A stretch of 64,000 bases of DNA. Source: Amoebidium appalachense. Its lineage: Eukaryota; Protista; Ichthyosporea. The DNA lies in the NCBI GenBank assembly GCA_963693365.1, contig CAVNZM010000017.1, positions 248,001-312,000 of the forward strand, given 5' to 3'. The notes beneath the pieces are model-generated. The model was not told the origin of the DNA, made no database searches, and worked only from the letters and a program-made list of their open reading frames with translations. Below are positions 22,052 through 34,930 of the stretch, piece after piece. Within the stretch, counting starts at the first letter, position 1, and every line of letters begins with the position of its first letter. Made by a program: the position numbers and the translations under genes.

Positions 22052-22384
22052 TCGGTTTAGTTCACGAACCCGTAGATCACTGTCAGGGGGTCATCCGAGT
22101 CAGCCACTCGGTGAAACAGATAATCGATTTAATACTCCTTGTATCTGGCACACTGTCACAGGTTACTGGTACTGCTGTCTTCCAGGATATCATTCCCCCC
22201 CCCCCCCCCCCCCCCCCCCCCAACAACAACAACAACAACAATTACACACACGCTCCCCTTTCTAGATCAAGTTCGAGAGATCTCGATTCTTTTATTTTTC
22301 TCTCACTCTCCCTCCCTCTTTACCTCGCTAGATCTCCCCCCCCCCCCCCCCCCCCCCTAGGCCTCCACACCCTCCCCCCCCCCT

Positions 22385-22961
<577 letters not shown>

Positions 22962-25328
22962 AAATAGATCTCTCCCCTGTCTCTCTCTCTGTCCCCTTCC
23001 CCCCCCCCCCTTCCTTCCCTCCCTCCCTCCCTCTCTCTCTTCGTAAGATGACTCCGCCCATGGCCAAGCTCGCTGACTCTAAGCCTGCATGTGAGACGGG
23101 AGCGCTCAGCAGGCCCCACGTGCACGAATACTCGAACAGCAAGCCTTTTCCAGTTCACACCACAAGTTGTGTCCTCCGGGCGTCCGGGCGCCGCGTGAAT
23201 GCCTCACCCCCTATCAAGGATCGATAGCGGGTAAACTCCGCAAACGGACCCCGAGGTTTGTCTGTCAGGGCAGCATGCCACGATATGCTGTTGTAAGATT
23301 CCAACTATTAGCATTGGGGGCAACAACCCCACTGGCACGGTTTTCTGTGCCGAATGCACAACCGTAACAAGTTGGGGTGTACACCCGACTGTAAAAAACG
23401 GAGTTTCGGTAGCCCGCATCACATTCCAGTGAACATTCCAAAGGCAATAGGTCATAAGTCCTGTGCATAGATGTTGAGTCCCCGGTGTCTCAAAAAAGCA
23501 TTCTTCTTGCCTACAAAACTGAAAAGTTGATTTATAGCAATGAAAGGGTTTACTAGTGCAGTTTTCAGGTATACTCATCTGCGCTATTTGTAATCTATCG
23601 ATCCGCCTGCGCGCCGGTGGCCAATCATAGATCACATCGGAATGTGCACGTGGATCGTGGTCATCCTGCCTCTCATGGACGAACTTGTAGGGAAAAATAT
23701 ATGGGTGATATTACATATTACATTTGTGAATTACATTTCATATACAGTAGGTGTATATGTATCGGTTTTGGAGGACATTGACCGAGAGAAACGAAATCTT
23801 TATAGGCCGGTTCCCGGGCGAGGCTCCTCAGTGAGGTCACCGTGCCGGCGGCGTACGGCCCAGCCCGCGGCGTGCGGTCATGGCATCGATCGGCACCGGT
23901 GCAGGAGTCAATATACGTGATATATATGCTTAATATAATAATAAAAAATAGAATAATAATAATAGTATAATATTTTAAAAAGGCTGTTCATGTACATTCA
24001 CAGTGGTGCAGGCAAGCGACCATTTACTGACATATTTGAAACTGATATCTTTGCAGCTCGAGCTCTCGCGCTGCTGAGTAGGGCCATGTAAATAAATCCC
24101 GGGGAAAATGGGGATAGATTGGGGGCCTCGGGATATGAGATATATCCAGATATTCAGGTAGTTTGGGGATAGCTCAACGTGATATTAGGGGGCCCCGACA
24201 TGGGGATTGTTTTCTTGTTCGGATTTGGTCTGCATTGCTCTTTAAAGGGCTGACTTGCTTGCTGTGCCCCGATAGGTTTTGAGGGGGGCCTGTTGGGAAG
24301 CAGCAGTAATGATGTCTTCTTGCGGAGTGTGGTCTGGTCAACATCGATGCATCTGACTAGTTGGAGCAACTAGTTTCACGCATACATGTGTGCACTTGTA
24401 CCTTTGCCAGCTGGTGTCCTTTGGTCACTTGTTGTTTATTTTATTTCATCACCTTGCCTTTTTCGAATTCGGTTATTCTGGTGGTCATACTCATGTAGCC
24501 TGTGGCTGCACGTTGCCTTCGTATCAACTGATCAATAAATCCCAGTCGAGAGAAAAAATCGGCGATCTATCAAATTGGGGTAGAGATGATCCAATTAAGA
24601 GGTTGGGATAGATCTGTATATCCCAAGTCTATGAGGTACCCTAAGGTATACATATTTGGCAGTTGGATAGCGCCAAAATGATTAAATACCAATCAAAATC
24701 CAGACATGAGTCTCCAGGGAAGTAGGGATTCTATACAAGGGTACACTAATTTTTTCAAGGGTAAAGAAGCTATAATACTTATATGTAACAGAATATTGAA
24801 AGATTACAATATCAGTAAAGGTTTTGATTGAATATATTGTCAACACGTAGGGTATATTACTGAATTACGCTTATGTTAATGCCCGGCGGGGTGAGTCACC
24901 CGGGTGAGTGTGACGATTGATGATCATGAATTTGCAGAAATTTGGGCGAGGCCTCAGATTAGATCATGACCCAATCAAGCTGCAAGTGGCAAAGAGACCC
25001 AAATACACAGACGCTCCTGCAATTACACATATTTTATATATATATAAATAATACCGTGCGGTTTTGAACACCAACTTTACATATATAATACATGTATGTT
25101 ACCGGGATTTTTGACCGAGACAATCAGGCCATCCTGGGAGAAAAGTGATATATCTGCGGATAGATAGGGGGGCTAGGGATAGATCGTCAGGATAGTCAGG
25201 TACAGAGTCTGAGATTATCTGGGATATGATCTTTGATATTCAGGTCGAAGTTGGGATAGATCTAGGATAGTGCGTAATGATAGATAGGCAGTTTTTGGGA
25301 TTCATTTACCTTCAAACTGCTGAGCTCA

Positions 25329-25344
25329 TTTCCGGGAAATCCCC
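25329..25344. promoter_or_regulatory. Overlapping STAT GAS (TTCCGGGAA, 25330-25338) and kappaB (GGGAAATCCCC, 25334-25344) motifs, followed by several CCAAT boxes
   Basis: Sequence reads tttccgggaaatcccc, about 430 bp upstream of the ankyrin ORF ATG. CCAAT/ATTGG occur at ~25352, 25407, 25423, 25503-25512 and 25536. Function is inferred. Confidence 0.55.
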
Positions 25345-25770
25345 AAGCCGACCAATCAAGAGAAGCTCGTAAAAACGGGCCTCCCCCGTTTGGGCCGCAC
25401 AATATGATTGGCTAAAGACTTCCATTGGTTGGCTATATAGTCTAATACGAAAAATATTCAGCCACCGTTACCCCGAAAATGCATTTTTGGAAAATGTGAG
25501 ATATTGGATTGGTTACTTATCAGGCACGCTGATAACCAATCTGTGAAGGCTCGTTTTGAGGCGGGGTTGAACCGGTTGCATCCCAAAGTCAGAGGTCAGA
25601 AAGTCAGAAGTCGCTTTGTGCAAAGCACAAAAACGAAAAACGGGTCGTGATACCATGCCAGACTTTATAAACGATAATTGTGATGAGGAAACAAACATAG
25701 TGTTGTAATGATATAAGGAATTTTTGTAGAACATAGCGAAAGGAAACAAAAACACTACACAGACGCTAAC

Positions 25771-27084
25771 ATGGCGAGCAGCAGCACACCTGCCGACATA
25801 CACGGCAACACACTCTACCAGGCCATCCAATACTTTGCACACAGCGGCGATGCTGCCTTTCTCCTTCTCCCTCAACGCGCACTTTTGGGTGTTCCCAACG
25901 CACTTGGTGACACAGCCCTGCACACAGCCATAGCAGCTGGGCGTGAAGAGGCAGCACTCACACTCGTGCGCGTGCTCAACCGCGCGGACCTCTCTACACG
26001 AAACAAGGAGGGCCACACACCTCTGCACCTTGCCGTGCGTGGGGGTTGTGTCTCTGTCGTGCGTGCGCTTTTGCAACATGGAGCAGACGCATCAGTGGTG
26101 GATGCACAAGGCAACACCCCTCTGCATGTTGCCTGCAGAGGCCCTCATTCCTCCCTCGTGGCAACGCTTGCAGAGGCCCAGCCCACCGTCCTTCTTGCAC
26201 ACAACTTTGAGGGCCTGACACCTCTTCATGTTGCCGTCCAGGCAAGCCATGACGACACACTGGCCGCGCTTTTGGCCGCTGCAAACGACTGCGACGTCAA
26301 GGATGCATCAAACGGTCGCACACCGCTTCACCTCGCAGCACGCCTTGGTGCTGTACCCGCTGTTTATGCGCTGATACAAGCAGGCGCCGATGTGAACGCA
26401 CGGGACTATGGGGTTCACACACCGCTACATGTTGCTGCCGAGGCCAATAACCCACGTGTAGCAGAGGCTCTGGTTGCTTCTGGCGCCGATGTTTCCCTCG
26501 TCAACTGCTACGGCCAGGCCGCTCTTGCCGTGGCACATGCCCGCGGAAACGTGGAGGTGGCGGGGGCCATTCTCAACACGCAACCAACATGTGGGTTGGA
26601 GGCAGAGTGGCAAATGCTCTCACTGGAGGAGGTCAGCAACGCACCGTCGAGCGAATGGGACGTTAGGGGGCATAGCAACGCACGGCAGGCACGCAACATG
26701 GTGTCGAAGATGCTCAGGAAGGGGAACAAGTCGGGGATTAGGAGGTTCATGCCGTCGGGCAAGAAGGAAGAGAAGAAGGAGGTGGGGGCTACCCAGTTGA
26801 CCGTGCAGGATGAGGCGGTGACAAGCAGCGCCGCAAAGGAGAAGAAGTTGCTGCAGCAGAAATATGCGCTTAAAATGGAAATGCACGTGGCTGCACCGGC
26901 AAAAGGGGCACAGGCGGGCAGCGAGAAGGCGCGGTTAAGGGCACAGTACCAGCCCACCGAGTATGCGGTGTCACCAAATATGGCAATGACACCTAATATG
27001 GTAAAGGCAGCTGAGGCACGTGGCCAACCACAGAGCCGGACGCAGGTGGAATCGGTGGCGCACCTGGCACGCCTGGTGGATTAA
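25771..27084 (+). CDS. Intronless IkappaB-like ankyrin-repeat protein similar to the C-terminal half of NF-kappaB p100/p105
   Basis: 437-aa ORF with about 6-7 ANK repeats (GDTALH, GHTPLH, GNTPLH, NFEGLTPLH, GRTPLH, HTPLH). The pre-ANK segment AIQYFAHSGDAAFLLLPQRALL parallels p105 [22 protein letters not shown]. The ANK call is firm; the IkappaB assignment was made by eye. Confidence 0.8.
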   Translation: MASSSTPADIHGNTLYQAIQYFAHSGDAAFLLLPQRALLGVPNALGDTALHTAIAAGREEAALTLVRVLNRADLSTRNKEGHTPLHLAVRGGCVSVVRALLQHGADASVVDAQGNTPLHVACRGPHSSLVATLAEAQPTVLLAHNFEGLTPLHVAVQASHDDTLAALLAAANDCDVKDASNGRTPLHLAARLGAVPAVYALIQAGADVNARDYGVHTPLHVAAEANNPRVAEALVASGADVSLVNCYGQAALAVAHARGNVEVAGAILNTQPTCGLEAEWQMLSLEEVSNAPSSEWDVRGHSNARQARNMVSKMLRKGNKSGIRRFMPSGKKEEKKEVGATQLTVQDEAVTSSAAKEKKLLQQKYALKMEMHVAAPAKGAQAGSEKARLRAQYQPTEYAVSPNMAMTPNMVKAAEARGQPQSRTQVESVAHLARLVD

Positions 27085-28211
27085 ATTGTATTTAATTTTA
27101 AGTGTTTTAAAATTTAGAATACTTGACTCTCGTCTTTTTTTTTTTTTTTTTTTTGTAGGTAATTGTTTGCTTGGTCACTTTACCTTCCTGCTTTGTATTT
27201 CGGATGTCGTTTGTTGTATGGCTTTATACGAAGGTGTCTGTGGGCACCCTACTTGTGGGCTGATACTCGCCTGGTGCGGGGCCCCGATACTATCAAAGTA
27301 ATCATAAGCAATTTAAATTTTAATGGTTTTTACTGAATATGCAATTGGTGTGCCTATTACTGTCAGTGCTACTCAAAGGAATATACACGTCAGGCCCCTG
27401 TTTAAGATACCAATTAAAGATATTCCTACAAAGTGAACAAGAACCACCCCCCCCCCCCCCCCCCTCTCCCCCGAGGATGGGCTCTTCTTATTTTGATTAC
27501 TCTATGTGCGGTGTGCACTCTGATTGTGTTGTCTGTTGTGAATGTTTACTTCGTACTTCAACCCTCCCCCCCTCCCCCCTCCAATTACCCGATAACCAAT
27601 CAAAGATATTCGTGCACTATATATAGCAAGAACCAAAAAATATCCCCCCCCCCCCCCCCCCCCCCCCCCCTTCCAACACCTCTCCTCCCTGAGCTCCTCC
27701 CATGTGTGTTGTTGGCACCCTCACCCACGTGCGCACCTTAGGCAGCCAGAGATCAAGAACCCCCCCCCCCCTCCCCTAAGCCTTCCACATGCATGGTACC
27801 AGCTCTTCCGGGGGGTGGGGCTGTGTTGAACTTCAAAGAACGGAATGCAGAAAAGGAGGGGGGAGGGTTTTCCAGGGTACCCGCGCTTGTTATACTGAGA
27901 GATCAGTTGTGTTGCGTAACTGTTACATGTATCTGCAGCTGCGCACATGTATGCATGCGGCATGTCGGTGTGTTTGCCAATGTGGGCATGTGCGTGTGTG
28001 TTTTGATCACGGTGTTAAACTGGTGTGTGAGCGTACATGTGTGCTTCAAGTTCATTGAGTTTTTGCGCTTGCGCATCTATGCACAAGTGTGCCACTGGGT
28101 GCCCGTATACATACCCCTCCCTTTATATTTTTGTGTATGTAGTATGTACCAGTGTTACATTTTCGAATAAATATTCCTCCCTCGAAGTCTTGAACGTCAG
28201 TTTTATGCAAG

Positions 28212-28249
<38 letters not shown>

Positions 28250-29492
28250 CGAGGGGGCTTAACCTAGTCATGACTTGGACGATGCACAAGAAAATTCCCG
28301 TCCTCTGCCGATGGCCACTCCACAAAACAACTCGAAGACTTAGTGGGCCCGCCGCCTGGACTGGCGCACCAACCTGAGCCCCCGGACCAGCACATGGTCC
28401 AGCCTGAGCGTCTGTAACAGTATTCGCTAGGGGATGATTTTGGCACGGTCATGATCATAGGCGACAGTGGCGGCATTCAACTACCAGCTAAACGGGGGGA
28501 GGAGGGGGGTTCATGACCGTTCGAACAATAAAAGCACCAGCTACTGCGCAAACTCATTTCGAACTTGAGTCTGGAATTCACGCTGGGATCCGATTGTAAC
28601 TTACTACTAACTACTCATATACGATGATACACACCTATCTAATTCTCCAACTTCCATTTTAGGTGTTTATCCGCGTTAACACAATTCTCCCATAAGTGGT
28701 TGTGTCTCCAAATCTAGCCACACAAATGGCCACTCCGAGATCGGCCCACGCTAATTTTGCGAAACAGAAGCAGACACGCATATGTACGTGCAAACTTTTG
28801 AGACGCATATGCATGAGAACTCACATGGGTATTTAGTCTGTGTGTTACTTTCAGTACCATGACAGGATAGCTCATACTTGAACGATATAAAATTGTTTAT
28901 TGCACTTCTTGAACGTCTTTCTGGTACCCGGTAGCTATTCCGTAATACATGTACATGTTCTATGATGAGTTGTGGTTTGATTTCGAACTTTAAATTTATG
29001 AACTTTATTGCAATATTTGACCCCCTATGCACTTAACAATTAACTTATGATGTGCATTCAATTAACATCTCACTTGTGACGATTACAATTTAAGAGAACC
29101 ACGATTGCATTTACCGTGTGTATTACCTTTCTCTAAACTCATACATGCAAGAGTTTTAAATTATTATTTCCAGTAGCAGAGGTTCTAAAATAGGTTATAT
29201 GTTAACAAAAGGTGGGAATTAATACGCACGATACAAAGCATTTACGTTTGAAAATAGCTAATCGGGGAAAGTTTCGTTTCCGACACTCTCTTTAATGCAG
29301 ATACTTGACTAACTTATTTAACTCCATATATACACGTGTACACCAATCTAGCCTTGCATCTAGTTAAGGAAAGCAGATAGTAAACCTAAATTATAAAAAA
29401 TCAAATTTACTATACCGTTCTAGTGCACATACACGCACCATCATACATTCTAGAACACACCTGACCCTACCACACGCTACCACACACCACCA

Positions 29493-31252
29493 TCAACTAG
29501 TCCCATTTTGATTGGTCGCCTGTCCACCAATCAAAGGTGTCGTTTCCTGAGCCGCAGGGACATGCACCGTAACCACTGGTGGTTCCAGCATGTTCGAGCT
29601 GGATCCATATGAGCCGCTGTGAGCCGCCTTTGAGAGGGGGCGGAGGGAGGGGGGTGGAGCCTGCACGACTCTGCGTGTGAGGTCTGTACGCTTGCGAACC
29701 ACGTGTACACGCCTCTGCACGTCCACGTACAGGTCTGTCTCGTCCACTATCTCCTCCTGGGGGGGTGCACGTGAGTGTCTGCACGTGCATGTGTGTACGT
29801 GTGCACGTGCACGTGTGTACGTGTGCACGTGCATGTGTGTACGTGTGCACGTGCATGTGTGTACGTGTGCACGTGCATGTGTGTACGTGTGCACTGACCG
29901 CCAACATGTGTGTGCTCACGTAGACCCTGTGTGTGTGTATGGACGTGCATGGCACTGACTGAATGTGTGGTTTGACTGTATTCGTGAGCTGAGGGGGGGG
30001 GGGGGGGGGGGAGAGGGTATGTATGCATGAGAGGGGGTGATACACAACAACCAGACAAAACGACAAGCAGATACCAAAAGTTAAATCTGCAGACAGAAGA
30101 CAATCGAACAGTGCCCATCATCAAGGGGGGGGGTTGGGTTCCCTAACAAAGGAAAGAAGAAAGAAATTCACCTCATTAACCGTTGTTTTTTTCTTTTTCT
30201 TTTTTTTTTTGGGGGGGGGGAGGGGGGGGGGGGGGGGGTGGGGGCGGGGGGGCTCCACTTACGGCTATGAGCTCTTCAATGACATCCTCCAATGTGATGA
30301 TGCCCTGCACCGTGCCCTCCTCTGCGTCCTTGACTATGGCCATGTGGACTGCCATATATGGAAGGCCAGTAGACATATATGGTAGGTCAGTAGCCATATA
30401 TGGTAGGTCAGTAGCACTATATGGAAGGTCAGTAGCCTTATATGGTAGGTCAGTAGCTTATATGGAAGGTGGGTAGCCATATATGGAAGGTGGGTAGCCA
30501 TATATGGTAGGTCAGTAGCCTTATATGGAAGGTCGGTAGCCTTATATGGAAGGTCGGTAGCCTTATATGGTAGGTCAGTAGCCTTATATGGTAGGTCAGT
30601 AGCCGCATATGGAAGTTCAGTAGTCTTATATGGTAGGTCAGCAGCCATAATCATATATGGAAGATAGGTGGCCATAGATGGCAGGTCAATGGCCGTATAT
30701 GGCAGGTGCGTAGGTGTTTACTGAAGGTGGGTAGCCATATATGGGAGGTCAGTGATTAGTTACGTATGGAACGTATATGGTAGGTCAGTACCCGTATATG
30801 GTAGGTAGGTGGCCATATATGCAAGGTGGGTGGAGATGTATGGAAGGTGGGTGGGTGTGGTAGGTCAGTAGCCGTACATGCTTGATTGGGGGATCGTTTT
30901 GACATTCACCCCTTCTCCTCAGGCACATAATCAGTAAGGCACAACGCCACTTCTCTTAATCAGAACATGCAACAGGCAGGCTTGCCTAAAACCAGTTCCT
31001 ATTTCCTTCATACCACGAGTGCTTTCCCCAATAACTATTTATCAATGGACACAGCCTCTGCTTTGGGAGGGGGAAAGATGTATGTGATAAGGGCAAAAGG
31101 CACAAACTTCCAGTTCGAGAAGGGGAATCGGGGGGAGGGGAAGGGGGGAGGGGGGGGGGGGGTATCTTACAGTCTCCCTTTTGAAAGTCGTTCAGCATTG
31201 AGAAGAGTGGGTAGGTTGAAGAAACAACGGGGAGGGAGTAGCGCATCACGTC

Positions 31253-31302
<50 letters not shown>

Positions 31303-31381
31303 CGCGCGTGCGAGTTTGTGGGTGTGTGGCTGTGTGTGTGCGTGCGCGCGCGCACGTGTGTGTTTGTGTGTGCGTGTGTGC

Positions 31382-31419
<38 letters not shown>

Positions 31420-31469
31420 GTGTGCGCACGCGCGCCCTCATGTGCACGTGTGTGCGCTGGGGGTGTTTT

Positions 31470-31500
<31 letters not shown>

Positions 31501-31625
31501 GGAGGGGGGGGAGGGGGGGGGAAGGGGGTGTCAGGTTTCTACGTCATAGCCAAGCTGGCACCAACCGGCTGAGCCACAAATCTCACTTCGCCCACTAAAT
31601 ACACACACACGCACAGTACACACGT

Positions 31626-31663
<38 letters not shown>

Positions 31664-32016
31664 CCACACACAAACACAAACACACAACCACACACACACA
31701 CACACCTCATTGGCATGTGGTCACGTGGGTCTATTATCGGCACACACACCTGATTGGCATGTGGTCACGTGGGTCTATTATTGGTACACACACCTGATTG
31801 GAACGTGGTCACGTGGGTCTATTATTGGCACACACACCTGATTGGAACGTGGTCACGTGGGTCTATTAATAGCACACACACCTGATTGGCACGTGGTCAC
31901 GTGGGTCTATTAATAGCAACCGCTTGACCAGCACAGCACCCACGATGCAGTCCTTGCCGCCCTTGTAGATTGGAATGCGGCTGTAGCCCTCGTGCATGAT
32001 CTGATTGGCTGCATAT

Positions 32017-32047
<31 letters not shown>

Positions 32048-32916
32048 GAAACTCGTTTGACACCATCGTGGCCGGCCCCCCTCCCCTCCCCCTCCCCCCC
32101 TTCCCCCCCCCCCGGCAACACCAACACGACCACAGCCCAACCATTTACCCGCCATAAATTAATGCCAAAACAATAGAAAATATACGTGTGTGTAGTGTTG
32201 GGTGTGAAGGGTGGCTGTGTGGGTTGGCGGTGGTGGCGGTGGTGGTGGTGGGGGGGGGGGGGGGGGGGGGGGGGGGAGGGGGGGCAAAGGTGGGGATGTA
32301 TGCTCTGGAGCGCTAGAGGAGACACAAAATAGAGTTGACAGACTTCACGGGTAATAGACCCTTCAAACAGAATACAACACCAAAGGAGTCTCTCTGTACC
32401 CCCTGGAAAAGGGGGAAAAAAAAAGAAGGGGGGGGGGGAGGGGGGAGGGGGGGGGGGGGCGGGGGCGGGGAGGAAAGGGGGGAGAGGGGGGAGGGGGGGG
32501 AAGGTGAGGCTCCGGGGAGCAGGTAAGAACTAGAAAGGGGCAACTTTGAAAGGAAAAAACATCGCAAACCCACAAACATGAAAACACAAACTCGAAATGA
32601 AAAAAAATGTCTTAAGCAGATAGAGTCCTTCATCAGGGGGGGTCCTATATCTTTACATAGTTGCAGGGGGAGAGGGGGGGGCGAGGGCTAAATCAAGGGA
32701 ATTTGTGTAATTAGGGGCACTTACCTCGTTCAGTAAAGCATCATCTATAACCGCATCCACAGGCAGGGAGTAGACAGCACTTAAAGGAACCATGGAACCC
32801 TCGACCCTCTTAAAGGCCATGTCAAGTACCCCCCTTATGATGGTCATCTCGTCGTGCGTCAGCTGCTCTTCCGGGTCGGGTCGGGGCTGGCCGTGCAGGT
32901 AGATGAGTTCTTTAAG

Positions 32917-32981
<65 letters not shown>

Positions 32982-33590
32982 CGTGTGTGCGTGTGTGCGT
33001 TGGGGGGGGGGGGGGGGGGGGGAGGATGCATATTCATCAGAGACTAATTATTGACACAGGTTGTCCACCCCCCCCCCCCCCCAACTCCGCCCCCTCCCCC
33101 CTTCTTGCCTCCCTCCTCCTTTATCTTAGATTATACATGTTTTCTGTCCACTGTTCCCCCTACCCCCTCCCCCCCCCCCCCCCCCATCCCCCTCCCCCCG
33201 CTCCTCCTCCCTCCCACGCGCTCTCCCCCTCCCCCTGCCCCCCCTCTCCCCCTCTCCCTTCGCCACCGCCACAATCATGATGCCTACCGGTCGTTTTGCT
33301 TACCAGATGTGTTGGTGCATCTTGCATGACTTATTAACAGAACACATGGATGAGGGAGGGAGAACGAGAGGAAGACAAGGGGGGCGGGGGGGAGGGGGGG
33401 GAGCGAGGGAATGGGAAACCGAGGGAGATCGAGCGAGCGAGTGTGTGTGTGGGGGGGGGGGGGGGGGGGGAGAGGGGGGTGTACCTGAACGTGCGTAGAG
33501 AGTTGGGTGGTCCTCACCCAAGATGTAATCCAGAATCTTAGAGATGGGCCAGGCTATGACGCACATGAGAAGCATGAGGATGGACACGGG

Positions 33591-33679
<89 letters not shown>

Positions 33680-34084
33680 CACACACAAACACACACGCAG
33701 GTGTCAAGGGCAGGGGGGGGGGAGAAGGAAGAGGGGAGGGGGAGGTGGTGGGGAGGGGGGAGGGGGGTTAGGGGGAGTGGGGGGAGCTTAGTCGTGAATA
33801 AGGGAGTCCGTCTCAGTGTGAATGTGTTTGTTATCACACAAAGTGCATACATGCATACTGTTTTATGCACGTGCATGGGAAGGGGGGGGGGGGGGGGGGA
33901 GGGGGAGGGAGGTCTATCCACATACCCACATACACACGCACACACACACACAACACGCACACACACACGCACACATGCACACACGCACACATGCACACAC
34001 GCACACACACACACACACACATGCGCTCGTGCACGCACACACACACACACACACACGCACACACGCACACACACACGCACACGC

Positions 34085-34116
<32 letters not shown>

Positions 34117-34191
34117 CGACATCCCCTTCTGCATATCACTCTCTACGCATACACCCACATTGCTCCATCCGCATGCACTCAACCAAGAAGG

Positions 34192-34238
<47 letters not shown>

Positions 34239-34697
34239 GGAGTGTATGTTTGTTAGAGGTGGTATGGGGGGAAAGGGGGGGGGGGGGGTTCACTCACATG
34301 GAGAGGTAGTAACCGATAGCAAGGCCGTAACGAGAGCAGATGGCCTGCGGAATGATCCTGAACCAATAAAAACACAACGTTAGAATCTACGTGCCAATAG
34401 AAATAAAATATACCAGCATGGAGCGGATGATGAGCCTAAAAGCCATCCCCCCCCCCCCCCCCCCCCCCCCCACTAACCCCTCCTCCTTTCTCCCCTCTCC
34501 CCCCCTCCCCCCCTCCCCCCCCCCCCCACTGGCATCCCCCTTCCCCTCCTCCGCTCCCCATCCTCTTTCTCTCTTTTCAAGGGCATCCTCAGATATTAAC
34601 AGGAGAAAGGCAAAGACCAAGGTCGGGGCGAAAGAGAAAGAAGTGACGGATTTATATATATATATACATATATATATACATATATATATATATATAC

Positions 34698-34729
<32 letters not shown>

Positions 34730-34864
34730 GGGGGGGGGGGGGGGGGGGGGTTGTAAATTGTGCATGTTAAAGTAGGTCTGATAATAATATGATCATAATC
34801 AACATGATTGGGGTAAGAGAGGTAATCAGCTGGGAAGGCGAAGGGGTAGTTTATGTGTGTGTGT

Positions 34865-34930
<66 letters not shown>

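Noticed and set aside
30349-31917. Regular short repeats as a possible CRISPR array
   Set aside because: They are head-to-tail minisatellites without unique spacers, inside eukaryotic introns, with no cas genes.
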